Assembly: GCA_965216875.1 (NCBI GenBank)
Contig: OZ244207.1
Coordinates: 1,888,001-1,952,000, forward strand
DNA from: Rubripirellula sp.
GTDB taxonomy: Bacteria; Planctomycetota; Planctomycetia; Pirellulales; Pirellulaceae
Direction: 5' to 3'
Length of the DNA: 64,000 nucleotides
The position numbers and the translations under genes were made by a program. The notes beneath the pieces are model-generated. The model was not told where the DNA came from. It did not search any database and saw only the letters and a program-made list of their open reading frames with translations. Within the stretch, counting starts at the first letter, position 1; each line of letters begins with the position of its first letter. This document shows positions 36,928-47,618 of the stretch, in pieces.

Positions 36928-39743
36928 TGTTCCATTGGAGACTCCAAACGTGTCTCTGTGCAGTCGTTTTGTTTGTGTGCGTCAACCAGCTTCAGGCGGA
37001 TGACGTCAATGCGCTGCTGCAGCAATACTGCATCGACTGCCACGGAGCACCGGATGAATCACCTGAAGCTGAGTTCAGCTTGTCTTACGAATTTGGCTCA
37101 ACGTCGCTTCACGAAACTGGACGCACCTTGAAGCGGGCGCTCGATGCGATCGAAGGGCATGAGATGCCTCCGGATGACAGCGAACAGATCACCGAAGATC
37201 ACCGCAGGCAACTGGCCGCCGGCATCAGGGAACTGCTGGCGATGCCGTCGGTAGGCGGCCAGCACGACCCAGGTACGCCAGTTCTGAGGCGGCTCACGAG
37301 GCTCGAATACAACAATACGGTCCGCGACTTGCTGGGACTGAAGACGGATGTCTTTATGTTTTCGGAGCGTTTGCCGTTTGAACGCGGACACTATCAACCG
37401 CAATCAAAGAGAATGCCCGATCGGGTCGCGATGGCGGCACGCGAATATGGTGCGAAGTACCCCGTGCTTCTGCGCGAGACAAGCATGCCGGGGGACAGTC
37501 GAGCCGAAAACGGTTTCACGAACCGTGGCGATGCTCAGAGCCTTTCCGCGGTCAGGTTGCAACAATACGTGCGCACCGCCGGAGAGATCGCGTTCCATCC
37601 CGACTTGCTTAGCCAAGCCGAACGAGCAGAGGAGCTTTTTCCCAACGCACGGTTCCGTCAACCGCCAACCGGAGCTTCGTCCAAATCGAAGCCGCTTTCG
37701 GGAAGCAGCCTTCAGCTGGCATCCAATGGCAATGTGGCGCGCTCTGCGGAGGGAAGCGCATCGAGCCTTGATGCGTTTCGAGAACGCATCGAATCAGCTT
37801 TCGCCGAAGACCGCGGGGGCGTCTTCAGTGGAGAAGAGTTAAGCAATACGAAGATTGCCGGGAAGGGAGGGATCGTTCGCATCGCGTACGGCAAGAACGC
37901 GATTCGGACGTTTGCGATCAATCCCAACGAAGATTGGTGGTTTGCTGCCTTCGCAACCGCGGACGAGAGTAGTGGCGACACGCTGCTGGCGAATTACAAG
38001 AAGGGACAGCGGCAGTATGAGTTGACCTTTCAATCAACCGCTGGTGGAAGATTTGAGGGCATTGCCGAAGTTGGATTGGTGCTTTTGAGTCGTCGTGGCC
38101 AGGAGGGGCAAGTGCGTTTGAAGGTGACCGAGGATGACGACGCGACCCAAGAATTGACGGTGCGACTTGATCCAGGTGCGGGGGTCGGTAATACGTTTGC
38201 TTCGTTTGCGGCGCGGCAGGGACATTCCATCAAGCGACTCTTGATCGACGGCAGCGCGTTCTCGGGTGACTATGTTCTGATCGACGATCTTGCGTTCATC
38301 ACCCGTGACGAGCCGAACCTTCAACCCTTGGTGCAGGCGGAAGCACCAATCGAAATTGAAGCCCCGGAAGAGGACTCAACACGAGAAGCAATCAATCGCG
38401 ACCTTGCAAAGCAAGCGGCCGAAATACGCATCCGTCACTTGATGCGACGTGCGTTTCGGCGACCCGTTGAAGACGCGGAAGTAGCGGTGTACCTCGGCAT
38501 CCACCGCGACGTGATGGAGCATGGAGGCAGCGATGAGAAAGCGATGCGAACTGCGATGCAAGCGATCCTTGCGTCGCCCAGCTTTCTCTATCTCGTTCCT
38601 CGAGAGAGCAGAGGCGATTCGGCCGCTCACGATGCGGTTGCGCCGGTCTCAGGCGACGAGCTTGCGTCTCGTTTGAGTTACTTTCTTTGGAGCAGCATGC
38701 CAGATGACGAACTCTTTGAGCTCGCCGATCAGGGAAGGCTTCAAGATGACGAGGTGCTCGAAGCTCAGGTTCGCCGAATGCTCAGCGACAAACGTTCGAT
38801 CGAGCTCTCGGAGAGTTTTTTCGTGCAGTGGTTGCGACTTCCGGAATTGTGGACAGCGCAACCCGACAGACGGCAATTCCCCGACTTCTATTCGGGAGCC
38901 TTGGGTAAGCGGACACTCGCTCAGGACATGTTTGGGGAGGTCTTGTTGCAGTTCCAAACGATGCTTGTCGAAGATCGACCGATTACTGAATTCCTCGACG
39001 CCGAATACACGTTCGTGAACGGCAAGCTGATGGAGTACTACGGTCGCAAGCCGGGCACGCTTAAGAGTTTTGGCGATGGTTCAGCGGTTTTTGGGGACGA
39101 TCAGAAGAGCGACAGAATTTGGAACCGCGTGAGAAAGTTTGACGGTCGTCGAGGTGGCATGCTAACAAGCCCTGCTGTGCTGACCCTGACCTCGTTTCCT
39201 CACCGGACCAGTTCCATTCGCCGCGGGGTTTGGGTGCTTGATACCGTGTTCAATCGGCACCCACCCGCTCCAAAGGTGGCTGTCGCTGACATTGATCAAC
39301 AAGACGAGTTTGCTTCGCTAACGACCCGCGAGAAGGTCCAGCGACATCGCCAGGATTCGGCGTGTGCGGTTTGTCATAATCGGATCGATCCGCCCGGTTT
39401 CGCGCTCGAGAACTTTGACGCCATCGGTCGGTGGCGAGACAGGGATGGAGACGAAGTGATTGACGCATCCGGTGAGTTGCCCGGACTAGGCAAATTCGAA
39501 ACGCCGAAGGAGTTTCGCGATCGATTGGTTTCGCAAAAACGCCGTTTCGTGCAGGGCTTTGCCGAGCATCTACTGAGCTACGCGTTGTCGCGGAAACTCG
39601 AATACCACGACGTCCCCGTTGTGGAGAGCATCGTCAACCGCACGATTGAAGACGACTATCGTCTCTCTCGTTTGATCCTGGAAATCGCGAAGAGCTATCC
39701 CTTTCGCCACGCGAGAGTGTCTGTGAATGAGAATGAAAACTAA
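36924..39743 (+). CDS. DUF1587/1595/1592/1588/1585-type protein with cytochrome c motif, copy 1
   Basis: CIDCH, EMPP, LRRLTRLEYNNTVRDL, RAFRRP, ELASRLSYFLWSSMPD, RRGVWVL, CAVCHNRIDPPGFALENFD. Confidence 0.93.
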   Translation: MMFHWRLQTCLCAVVLFVCVNQLQADDVNALLQQYCIDCHGAPDESPEAEFSLSYEFGSTSLHETGRTLKRALDAIEGHEMPPDDSEQITEDHRRQLAAGIRELLAMPSVGGQHDPGTPVLRRLTRLEYNNTVRDLLGLKTDVFMFSERLPFERGHYQPQSKRMPDRVAMAAREYGAKYPVLLRETSMPGDSRAENGFTNRGDAQSLSAVRLQQYVRTAGEIAFHPDLLSQAERAEELFPNARFRQPPTGASSKSKPLSGSSLQLASNGNVARSAEGSASSLDAFRERIESAFAEDRGGVFSGEELSNTKIAGKGGIVRIAYGKNAIRTFAINPNEDWWFAAFATADESSGDTLLANYKKGQRQYELTFQSTAGGRFEGIAEVGLVLLSRRGQEGQVRLKVTEDDDATQELTVRLDPGAGVGNTFASFAARQGHSIKRLLIDGSAFSGDYVLIDDLAFITRDEPNLQPLVQAEAPIEIEAPEEDSTREAINRDLAKQAAEIRIRHLMRRAFRRPVEDAEVAVYLGIHRDVMEHGGSDEKAMRTAMQAILASPSFLYLVPRESRGDSAAHDAVAPVSGDELASRLSYFLWSSMPDDELFELADQGRLQDDEVLEAQVRRMLSDKRSIELSESFFVQWLRLPELWTAQPDRRQFPDFYSGALGKRTLAQDMFGEVLLQFQTMLVEDRPITEFLDAEYTFVNGKLMEYYGRKPGTLKSFGDGSAVFGDDQKSDRIWNRVRKFDGRRGGMLTSPAVLTLTSFPHRTSSIRRGVWVLDTVFNRHPPAPKVAVADIDQQDEFASLTTREKVQRHRQDSACAVCHNRIDPPGFALENFDAIGRWRDRDGDEVIDASGELPGLGKFETPKEFRDRLVSQKRRFVQGFAEHLLSYALSRKLEYHDVPVVESIVNRTIEDDYRLSRLILEIAKSYPFRHARVSVNENEN

Positions 39744-41034
39744 AACAACCGGATTCCGAAACCGTGCTTTGTCGCGTCGCACTTTGCTCCGGGGAACCGG
39801 TGTCGCTTTGGCGCTGCCCTGGCTTGACGCGATGCGGCCTGCGATTGCAGGTCCGAGGGGCGGCGAAACGCCGAAGCGTTTTGCTTGGGTCTACATTCCC
39901 AATGGAGTCGTCCAAGACGCGTGGCATCCGTCGAAGGTTGGAGCCGACTGGCAGATGACGCCATCGCTGGAGCCACTGGCTCCGTTCCGCGAGCAACTGA
40001 ACGTTTTCACCGGCCTTGATCGAGAGTTCCGCGGTGGCACCGGAGTGCACGCGCAAGCCGGGTGTTGTTGGCTAACGAGTTCGCCGCCGACACAGGCGCT
40101 CGATGGTGGGTTTCCCGTCAACACATCGCTTGATCAGCTGATCGCTCGGCAGGTTGGGCAAGACACGCTTTTGCCTTCGCTCGAACTTAGTTGCAATGAT
40201 CACGCCAACCAAAAAGAGACGCGGTACTTCGAAAATATTTCTTGGTATGGACCTGGCTATGCAGCCAGTGTTCAGAAAAGCCCGCGTCATGTATTCGATC
40301 GACTCTTCGGGAAACCTGATCCACGTGTCCAAAGTGTGTTGGATGCCGCATTGAGTGACGCGCGACGTCTGGAACAGACACTCGGCAGTGCTGACAAAGC
40401 GAGACTTGGTGAATACCTCGAGTCGGTACGTTCGGTGGAAAAACAGATTGAGAAGGCCCAGCGACACTCCTCAAATACGACACTGCTCCGGTTCGAGCGA
40501 CCAAGTGGCAAGCCAGATGATCGCGGCGAGTACCTGCGATTGATGATGGATCTGATTGTGATCGCCTTTCAGCAAGACCTTACGCGCGTTGCCACACTCG
40601 TCATCGATCCTGAACGCTGGGACACTCCGCGAATGTATCACGGCGTTTTCGAGAATGCCCAGAATCACCATGTCCTAACCCATACGAAGGGAGACGAGGC
40701 CAAAGAGAAGCTAAAGAAGATTGATCACTTCCATGTCTCACAGTTCGCCTATTTGTTGAAACGCATGAGCGAGATTTCCGAAGGTGAGGGGAGTTTGCTT
40801 GATAACTCTCTGCTGACGTTCGGCAGTGGTATGGGGAACGGAACGGTGCACGATTACAACGACCTGCCGATTTTGACTGCGGGCGGACTTGGCGGAGCGT
40901 TTAAAACGGGGCGACATCATCGCTTTGAAAAGACTCCGGTGGCGAATCTCTGGCTCACCGTCGCCCAATCGGCTGGGATCGAGACTGACGCATTCGCGGA
41001 CAGCTCCGGAAACCTCTCCGAGGTGGTCTCATGA
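39727..41034 (+). CDS. DUF1552 domain protein, copy 1
   Basis: LSRRTLLRGTGVALALPWLDAM, YIPNG, SLDQLIA, SLEL, FDRLFG, SVLD, D.TRV.T, HH..TH, LLDNS. Confidence 0.95.
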   Translation: MRMKTKTTGFRNRALSRRTLLRGTGVALALPWLDAMRPAIAGPRGGETPKRFAWVYIPNGVVQDAWHPSKVGADWQMTPSLEPLAPFREQLNVFTGLDREFRGGTGVHAQAGCCWLTSSPPTQALDGGFPVNTSLDQLIARQVGQDTLLPSLELSCNDHANQKETRYFENISWYGPGYAASVQKSPRHVFDRLFGKPDPRVQSVLDAALSDARRLEQTLGSADKARLGEYLESVRSVEKQIEKAQRHSSNTTLLRFERPSGKPDDRGEYLRLMMDLIVIAFQQDLTRVATLVIDPERWDTPRMYHGVFENAQNHHVLTHTKGDEAKEKLKKIDHFHVSQFAYLLKRMSEISEGEGSLLDNSLLTFGSGMGNGTVHDYNDLPILTAGGLGGAFKTGRHHRFEKTPVANLWLTVAQSAGIETDAFADSSGNLSEVVS

Positions 41035-41954
41035 GGCCGCTAGTTTGTTGTCTCACACTGTTGTTGCCAACAATCCTTTTTGCGGGACCGCCGGCGGCGG
41101 AACAGCAGGCCCTTGCGCACGCCATGGGTGACAAGGTTCAGCGATTTGAGATGTGGACGGATGATGATGGCAACGTCACGGGGCTGATTTTCATCAATCA
41201 CCAAACACTGACAGAGTCCGCCGGCGAGAGGCCAGGCATCACCGACGCCGACCTTCAGCAACTCGTTCAGTTTCCGAAGCTCGCTGCCGTCAGTTTCGAG
41301 GCTCAACCGATCGGGGACGCAGGACTTTCTGTCTTGAGTGAGTTTCCAAGTTTGAAGCAGGTCGGATTTCATTACATGGCGAAGGCCGAGGGAGCGGATG
41401 CTTCACCCGATTTCATCACCGCGATCGAAGGTATGCGCGACCTTGAAATCATCGAGATCAAGCACAACTTCAGGATGAAAGCGATTCACGTCGACAAGCT
41501 GCGGACACCGTTTCCGAAAGTCTGGCGGCTCGTGCTCGACACGCCGCTTACTGCCGAACAGACGATGCATATGATCCGACTTTGTCCGAACGTGACGGAG
41601 TTACAATTGCACCGCACCGATGTGACCGTCGAGCAGCTGGTAGAGATTGGCCGGTTGTTACCAAAGCTCGCCGTCTTTTGGCTCAAACCGAGACAGGGCG
41701 TTCAATCGGCGCACCTGGGAGCGCTACGCAGTTACTCGAGTTTGCGAGTTTTCAGCCCTCAGGTGGTCAAACGGCCTGTCACTTTTGCCGACGGTTGGTC
41801 GAGTCTGGGCGCACTTCCACATCTCGAGCGGATCGAGATTTCCGCAGCCGCACTCAAGTTGAATGCCGAGGCAATCAAGCAACTCCAGCAACAACGACCG
41901 GAACTTGCCGTCGAGACCCGTCTGACCCGATCCCGAAACTACCAAGGGCTTTGA
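41031..41954 (+). CDS. Secreted leucine-rich-repeat-like hypothetical protein
   Basis: Signal peptide; ITDADLQQL..FPKL, IGDAGLSVL..FPSL, LPKL, LPHL periodicity; ATGA overlap. Confidence 0.75.
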   Translation: MRPLVCCLTLLLPTILFAGPPAAEQQALAHAMGDKVQRFEMWTDDDGNVTGLIFINHQTLTESAGERPGITDADLQQLVQFPKLAAVSFEAQPIGDAGLSVLSEFPSLKQVGFHYMAKAEGADASPDFITAIEGMRDLEIIEIKHNFRMKAIHVDKLRTPFPKVWRLVLDTPLTAEQTMHMIRLCPNVTELQLHRTDVTVEQLVEIGRLLPKLAVFWLKPRQGVQSAHLGALRSYSSLRVFSPQVVKRPVTFADGWSSLGALPHLERIEISAAALKLNAEAIKQLQQQRPELAVETRLTRSRNYQGL

Positions 41955-41957
41955 GTC

Positions 41958-42842
41958 ATGAGGGAATTGCTGCGAGATGCTTTTGATCTGCACGTGCATT
42001 GTTCGCCCGACGTTGTGCCGCGCGCTCAGGATGTGTTTGATCTCGCTCAAGCTGCAAGCGAAGCGGGGATGGCGGGTGTCGGCCTGAAGGACCATACGAC
42101 GTCGACCGTAGGGCGGTGTCACACATTGAACCGCATGTATCCGAATGGTCCGCGTTTTTTTAGCTCGATTTCGCTGAATCCACCCGTCGGCGGTCTCAAT
42201 GTAAGTGCGGTTGAATCAGGTCTGTTGACTGGGGTCGACATCGTGTACTTCCCCACCTACTCGGCGGCTCATCATATCGACCAGCTCGGCGAAGAGGTTA
42301 CCCCGGTCCCGCATCCCATGGCGGGGGCACAGCGACTATCGGTCTTTGAAGATGACCACAACCTGACCGATGCGGCTCAGAGCATTGTTGAACTGATTGC
42401 ACAACACGACGCTGTCCTTGCGACGGGGCATCTCTCACCCAAAGAATGCCTTGCGTTGATTGAGTTCGCCAGCATGAAAGGAGTCACGCGAATGGTTGTC
42501 ACGCACGCTTCGCTGGCCGTACCGAACATGACGGTCGAGGATCAGCGGACCTGCGTTGCGCTTGGTGCACTGATCGAGCACTGTTTTCACGCAGTGACTG
42601 AGTGTTGCCCAAGAACGATCTCGCTTGAATCGATCGCGGACCAGATCCGTGTCGTTGGTGCCGAGCACGTGGTTTTGTCGTCTGACTTTGGGCAGACGCA
42701 AAACGGGCCACCAATCGAAGCTTTTGGCTTGCACGCAGAGCGTTTGCTTGGGTTGGGGTTTGGCGAGACCGAGTTGCGACGGATGTTGAGTGAGAACCCG
42801 CGCCGACTGATAACGGACCGAGGGAGGTCAAAGGGCAAATGA
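41958..42842 (+). CDS. DUF6282-like metal-dependent TIM-barrel hydrolase (amidohydrolase superfamily)
   Basis: DLHVHCSPD, GMAGVGLKDH, VGGLN, FPT, LATGHLS, VVTH, SSDFGQ. Confidence 0.85.
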   Translation: MRELLRDAFDLHVHCSPDVVPRAQDVFDLAQAASEAGMAGVGLKDHTTSTVGRCHTLNRMYPNGPRFFSSISLNPPVGGLNVSAVESGLLTGVDIVYFPTYSAAHHIDQLGEEVTPVPHPMAGAQRLSVFEDDHNLTDAAQSIVELIAQHDAVLATGHLSPKECLALIEFASMKGVTRMVVTHASLAVPNMTVEDQRTCVALGALIEHCFHAVTECCPRTISLESIADQIRVVGAEHVVLSSDFGQTQNGPPIEAFGLHAERLLGLGFGETELRRMLSENPRRLITDRGRSKGK

Positions 42843-44359
42843 AGCGACGTGATTTTGTAAAGCATGCGGCACTCGCAACGATCGCAAGCCAAGTCAAGCT
42901 TGCCCAAGGCGAGCCAATCAAGGATCGCGACCATCGCGCTGCGCCAATGGTTGGTGTGCAGATTGCGCCGGTGTCGCTGTTGGATGAGGGGATCCCGCAG
43001 TGTCTCGATACACTTCAAGAGAAAGCTGGCGTCAATGCCGTCTTCATCTATTCGCAGACCTACCATGCGGGAATCAAACCAAAGAATGTTCTGGCGACCG
43101 ACCATGGTGTGCCCGTACGGGATTTTTTCAAGAGCGAGTTGCCGAATCTTTGGGTGCGCCATCGCGGAAATGCGTTCGCAGGCAAAGTCGTTCAGCATGA
43201 AAAGCCGAACGCGAATCTCGAATACGGTCGACGTGACCTGTTCGATGAAATTCAGAGACCCGCGGAAGCACGCGGGGTCAAGATCTACGCGAGGATTCTT
43301 GAAGCGGATGCCCGCCGGCAAGCTCGCATTCCTGGGTACGCCGATGTGCTCACGATCGATCATGAGGGTAAGCGGGGACACGGCCCATGCTGGAACAATC
43401 CGCATTACCGCGAGTGGGTTTACACAACGATTCGCGAATTGGTCTCAAACTACAGACTCGACGGGCTGCAGTATGGCGCGGAACGGACGGGGCCACTGTC
43501 ACACGTGCTCTATCGCGGAGTCACACCGACTTGTTTCTGTCAGCACTGCGTGGGTCGCAATCAAGAATTGGGTATCAATCCGACGCGTGCGAAAGAAGGC
43601 TATTCGAAACTCTATGACCTGATCAAATCGATCGAAACATCCGCCGTTGGAGGAAACCACCTAAGGGATCGTTCCAAGACGATTGATGGTGTGCTCTCTG
43701 CGGTGTTGCGGGTGATCTACCGCTATCCGGAAGTGTTGAGCTGGGACTATCAGTGGTTTCAATCCGACGAAGAGATTTGCTCTGAAGTTCATCGGATTGC
43801 GAAGAGTATTCGGCCTGACATCGATTCCGGGCGGCACGTTGATCATCAGCGTTCGAGCTGGGACTTTTTCTATCGTAGTGCGATGAGCTACGACCAGATG
43901 GCCAAAAACGCTGATTACATCAAGCCTATCGTATACCACGAATCAATGGGGCCGCGACTGCGCTCGTGGGTTCTCGATCGTGCGAAGGATCGCTTCCTGC
44001 ATGATCTCTCACTGCAACAATCGCTTCAGTTGTACTACAGCCTATTTGGTCATGACGCATCGAAGCAGCCCGGCGTTGAAGAACTCGACCGCAAGGGACT
44101 AGGGCCCGAGTATGTTTATCGCGAAGTGCTCCGCTGCAAGCAAACCGTGGGTGAACAAGCGAAGGTTTATGCGGGAATTGGAATCGACATTCCGTGGTAT
44201 TTGCCGCGTGGAATGGAGCGGCGGCCCAGCGACCACACGCAGCTCACAAATGCCGTGAGCCGCGCCTTTGACGCAGGAGCCGATGGAGTGCTGGCGTCAC
44301 GAGAGTACAACGAGATGCGGTTGTCCAGTCTAGAAGCATTCGGACAAGGCGTTGGTTGA
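42839..44359 (+). CDS. Tat-exported TIM-barrel protein, glycoside-hydrolase-like
   Basis: MKRRDFVK Tat motif, PCWNNPHYR, YRLDG, TCFCQHC, YAGIGID, AFDAGADG. Confidence 0.7.
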   Translation: MKRRDFVKHAALATIASQVKLAQGEPIKDRDHRAAPMVGVQIAPVSLLDEGIPQCLDTLQEKAGVNAVFIYSQTYHAGIKPKNVLATDHGVPVRDFFKSELPNLWVRHRGNAFAGKVVQHEKPNANLEYGRRDLFDEIQRPAEARGVKIYARILEADARRQARIPGYADVLTIDHEGKRGHGPCWNNPHYREWVYTTIRELVSNYRLDGLQYGAERTGPLSHVLYRGVTPTCFCQHCVGRNQELGINPTRAKEGYSKLYDLIKSIETSAVGGNHLRDRSKTIDGVLSAVLRVIYRYPEVLSWDYQWFQSDEEICSEVHRIAKSIRPDIDSGRHVDHQRSSWDFFYRSAMSYDQMAKNADYIKPIVYHESMGPRLRSWVLDRAKDRFLHDLSLQQSLQLYYSLFGHDASKQPGVEELDRKGLGPEYVYREVLRCKQTVGEQAKVYAGIGIDIPWYLPRGMERRPSDHTQLTNAVSRAFDAGADGVLASREYNEMRLSSLEAFGQGVG

Positions 44360-44474
44360 TGCCGAGCCTCCATTTGCCCAAGTCGGTCCCGAAAACCCAC
44401 GGCGAGCGGCATCCTTTGAGCGATGTGCGAAACACATTTCATGTCTACGTCAATGAGTTGTTGGAGCTAATTGC

Positions 44475-47400
44475 ATGATTCAGGTGGACTCACGCAGCTG
44501 GCTTCTCGGCTGGGCATTGAGCGCCGGGACAATCCTTTCCGGTGCAATCGTTTCCGGGACGGTTGTTGGCGAGGACCGTGGTTTGCTTCTGGATCGACTT
44601 GAATCCCATTGCGTTGAATGCCATAGCGACGACGTCACGGAAGGCGAATTCAACCTGCAGTCCCTTTTGGAATCAACGGCTGGTCCCGAGGAGGCAGCTC
44701 GAGCGTTGGAACGAATTCGCCGTCGAGTCGCAGCAGGAGAAATGCCGCCCGAAGAAGCGGAGAGTCTCAGTGAAGAGGACCGGAGCAATCTCGTAGTCTT
44801 GGTTGACGGCCAGCTTGAACATCTTTCGGAGCGTCTCCGTGACGATCCAGGTGACGTGGCAATGCCGCGTTTGGCGCCCTACGAATATCGCAACGTGATA
44901 CGCGACTTGAGCGGTGGCGTTGTCATCGCGGGCGGACGACTGCTCCCCAACGAAGGTGGCGCGGGCGAGGGATTTGCCAATGTCGGTTCGGCCCAGGTGA
45001 TGACCCCAACGCAATACGAAAAGTACATTGATGCGGCAAAGGACGTTCTCAGGCATTTGAGGACGTACCCAACGGCTGACGATCGAATTGGCAAAGTCTG
45101 GAAATCGTATCCGCGAGAGGCTGTCGATTCGCCCGTCGCGGCACGAAAAGAAGTCGTCGACGAGATCATTGCTTGGTACATCGGCCAACAACAGAAGTGG
45201 GGCGCTGAGCACCGCGAAGACCTTCAACAGAAGCTTGGGTTCGTGCACGCCGCCTATCTCGAGGCGGCATGGCATTTCCACCATCGCGATGACCGCGCCA
45301 CTGACATCGAAACGCATGCATCGGTTGCTGGCGAAGGCCCACTGTCCGAACGCGTCAAGTTGGCGCCGGCTGCAATGAAAAAGTGGTGCCAGATCCTTCA
45401 CAGCGACAGTGCAAGTTCGCCCCACGCGGAATGGGCTGCAAAGTGGAAAGAGCTGGCAAGCGAAAACGACTTGAAACCGGCCGAAGTAAGGAAACGCTGC
45501 GTTTCGATCGTTGCCGGAAACAATGACATCGTTGTGGAAACGGAAGATTATGCCCCGGCATATGAAATCAGCTTTCACGAAGCCAAAGAAGAAGTGCTCG
45601 AAGCGGCCAGGAGCCACGGACACTGGCCCTTTCGTATCGAGATCGGCGATGCCAAGGAGCTTTTTCTGGTGGTTACCGATGCAGGCGATGGCAATCGGGG
45701 CGAATACGCTGTTTGGCGAAATGGTCGGTTTGTGTTTCGCGATGGCAGCTCGAGGGCCTGGCAGGACGTCGTCACGATTCGTGGGGCGAGGAGCGGTAAA
45801 GAGTACGCATTCGGATTTGATGGCGAAAAGTCGAAGGTACTCAGCGACGACGCTGTGGGGGCAAAGCCTCCGGGAACGCTCAAATTTGCTGTGCCCGAAA
45901 ACGCGATCGTCTTCGAGGTTGAACTGACGCTCGATGAGAAGCGAACGAAGCTCGCCAGCATTCAGGCACTCGTGTTGAGGGAGAAGCCGGAATCGTCAAG
46001 TTACATCCCAGGGCGATTTGTGTTTGGCGGTAAGAAACGACCAATCACCGCGGGTGCCAAGCTCAAGCAGGCTCAAGAACGCGCACTTCGAAAACGCAAC
46101 CTCTCGGAAGCGAACAAGACAAAGATCGGCCTCAATGCCGAGCGAAACGTGTTCGCACTTTGGAACCGGTCGCCACTGGAGTCGATTGGTGGCCCATGGC
46201 CGAGCCAGGAAGCGGAAAAGTACGAAGCAAACTTTCCCTATCACTACACCGTTTCCGAGGTGCTGCTCAATGCAAGCGATGCGGATCTCGCCGAGTTAAG
46301 ACGACTGGAGGATCGACTTGCCTGCCTTGCCCGAGTGCCGGACGAAAGTCGCTTGCGCAGACAAGCCGAGAGTTTTGTCAGTCGTTTTGCAAGTCAGGCT
46401 TGGCGGCGAGACATCGCGCCGACGGAACGGCGGTCGCTAATGGCGTTGTACGACAATGCGCGTGGCCAGGGATTGAGCTTCGATCGTTCGGTCAAATCGT
46501 CGCTGCTCCTCGTGCTCTCCTCGCCGCATTTCCTTTACAAGCTCTATCCAACTGTTGGGCGAACCCGTGAAGTGTCCAACGTGGCGGTTGTACCGCTATC
46601 GAGTCAGGCGTTGGCGACGCGGCTGTCGTTCTTCTTATGGGGCAGTCTGCCGGATGAACGATTGCTTGAATTGGCTCGCGCCGACCAACTTGGCGATCTG
46701 GCAATCCTGAAACGCGAGGCTCAGCGCATGTTACACGACGGGCGTGGCCGATCGCTGGCCGCAGATTTTGGTGGCCAGCTGTGGGACTTTTCGGAATTCG
46801 GGACCTTCGATAACCCTGACCAGGACCGCTATCCAGAATTCATTCCCGCATTGCGGGCGGCGATGATCTTTGAAGTGGAGTATTTCTTAGCAGATCTGTT
46901 TCAAAACGATCGTCCACTCACGAACATCTTGAGCGCGGACTATACGTTTGCCAACGAGATTTTGGCCGCCCACTACGGACTTGATGTGGGGGAGCTCGAT
47001 GGAACTCAACGCGTTGGGCTGTCCCGCGACCGAGGCGGGTTAGCAACAATGGGCTTGTTCCTGACGAAGAAGTCGCTGCCGCTTCGAACGAGCCCCGTCC
47101 AGCGCGGCGTCTGGGTGATGGAGAACCTGTTGGGACGACAGCTACCCAATCCGCCCGCGGATGTTCCTGCACTTTCCGAAGATGACACCGATCAAGCTGG
47201 GTTGAGCATCCGCGAGCAGTTGGAACGCCATCGCGCTCAAGCGTCTTGCGCGAGTTGTCACGACAAGATCGACCCGCTTGGTCTCAGCCTCGAAAGCTTT
47301 GACGCAATTGGGCGCCAGAGAGATTCGCATCGCGATGGCTCGGCAATCGCGATAGAGGCACAATCGCATGATGGATATACGCTCCGTGGCAGTTCCAGCT

Positions 47401-47618
47401 TACAAGAGTACCTAGTGAAGCATCGAGACGAGTTTGTTGACCATTTTGTTCGCAAGCTCGTCGGATACGCACTTGGTAGGTCGGTTCAAATTGGTGACCG
47501 AGCACTAATGGATCGAATGCGCCAACGTCTTGAAAAGAACCAGTACCGCTTCTCGGTGCTGATTGACGAAATTGTCGTGAGTCCGCAATTCAGAATGAGG
47601 AGGTCACCGAGTGAATAG
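44475..47618 (+). CDS. DUF1587/1592/1588/1585-type protein with NPCBM-like insert, copy 2
   Basis: CVECH, EMPP, RLAPYEYRNVIRDL, GEGFAN, insert GDAKELFLVVTDAGDG..YAVW, LATRLSFFLWGSLPD, TSPVQRGVWV, CASCHDKIDPLG. Confidence 0.93.
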   Translation: MIQVDSRSWLLGWALSAGTILSGAIVSGTVVGEDRGLLLDRLESHCVECHSDDVTEGEFNLQSLLESTAGPEEAARALERIRRRVAAGEMPPEEAESLSEEDRSNLVVLVDGQLEHLSERLRDDPGDVAMPRLAPYEYRNVIRDLSGGVVIAGGRLLPNEGGAGEGFANVGSAQVMTPTQYEKYIDAAKDVLRHLRTYPTADDRIGKVWKSYPREAVDSPVAARKEVVDEIIAWYIGQQQKWGAEHREDLQQKLGFVHAAYLEAAWHFHHRDDRATDIETHASVAGEGPLSERVKLAPAAMKKWCQILHSDSASSPHAEWAAKWKELASENDLKPAEVRKRCVSIVAGNNDIVVETEDYAPAYEISFHEAKEEVLEAARSHGHWPFRIEIGDAKELFLVVTDAGDGNRGEYAVWRNGRFVFRDGSSRAWQDVVTIRGARSGKEYAFGFDGEKSKVLSDDAVGAKPPGTLKFAVPENAIVFEVELTLDEKRTKLASIQALVLREKPESSSYIPGRFVFGGKKRPITAGAKLKQAQERALRKRNLSEANKTKIGLNAERNVFALWNRSPLESIGGPWPSQEAEKYEANFPYHYTVSEVLLNASDADLAELRRLEDRLACLARVPDESRLRRQAESFVSRFASQAWRRDIAPTERRSLMALYDNARGQGLSFDRSVKSSLLLVLSSPHFLYKLYPTVGRTREVSNVAVVPLSSQALATRLSFFLWGSLPDERLLELARADQLGDLAILKREAQRMLHDGRGRSLAADFGGQLWDFSEFGTFDNPDQDRYPEFIPALRAAMIFEVEYFLADLFQNDRPLTNILSADYTFANEILAAHYGLDVGELDGTQRVGLSRDRGGLATMGLFLTKKSLPLRTSPVQRGVWVMENLLGRQLPNPPADVPALSEDDTDQAGLSIREQLERHRAQASCASCHDKIDPLGLSLESFDAIGRQRDSHRDGSAIAIEAQSHDGYTLRGSSSLQEYLVKHRDEFVDHFVRKLVGYALGRSVQIGDRALMDRMRQRLEKNQYRFSVLIDEIVVSPQFRMRRSPSE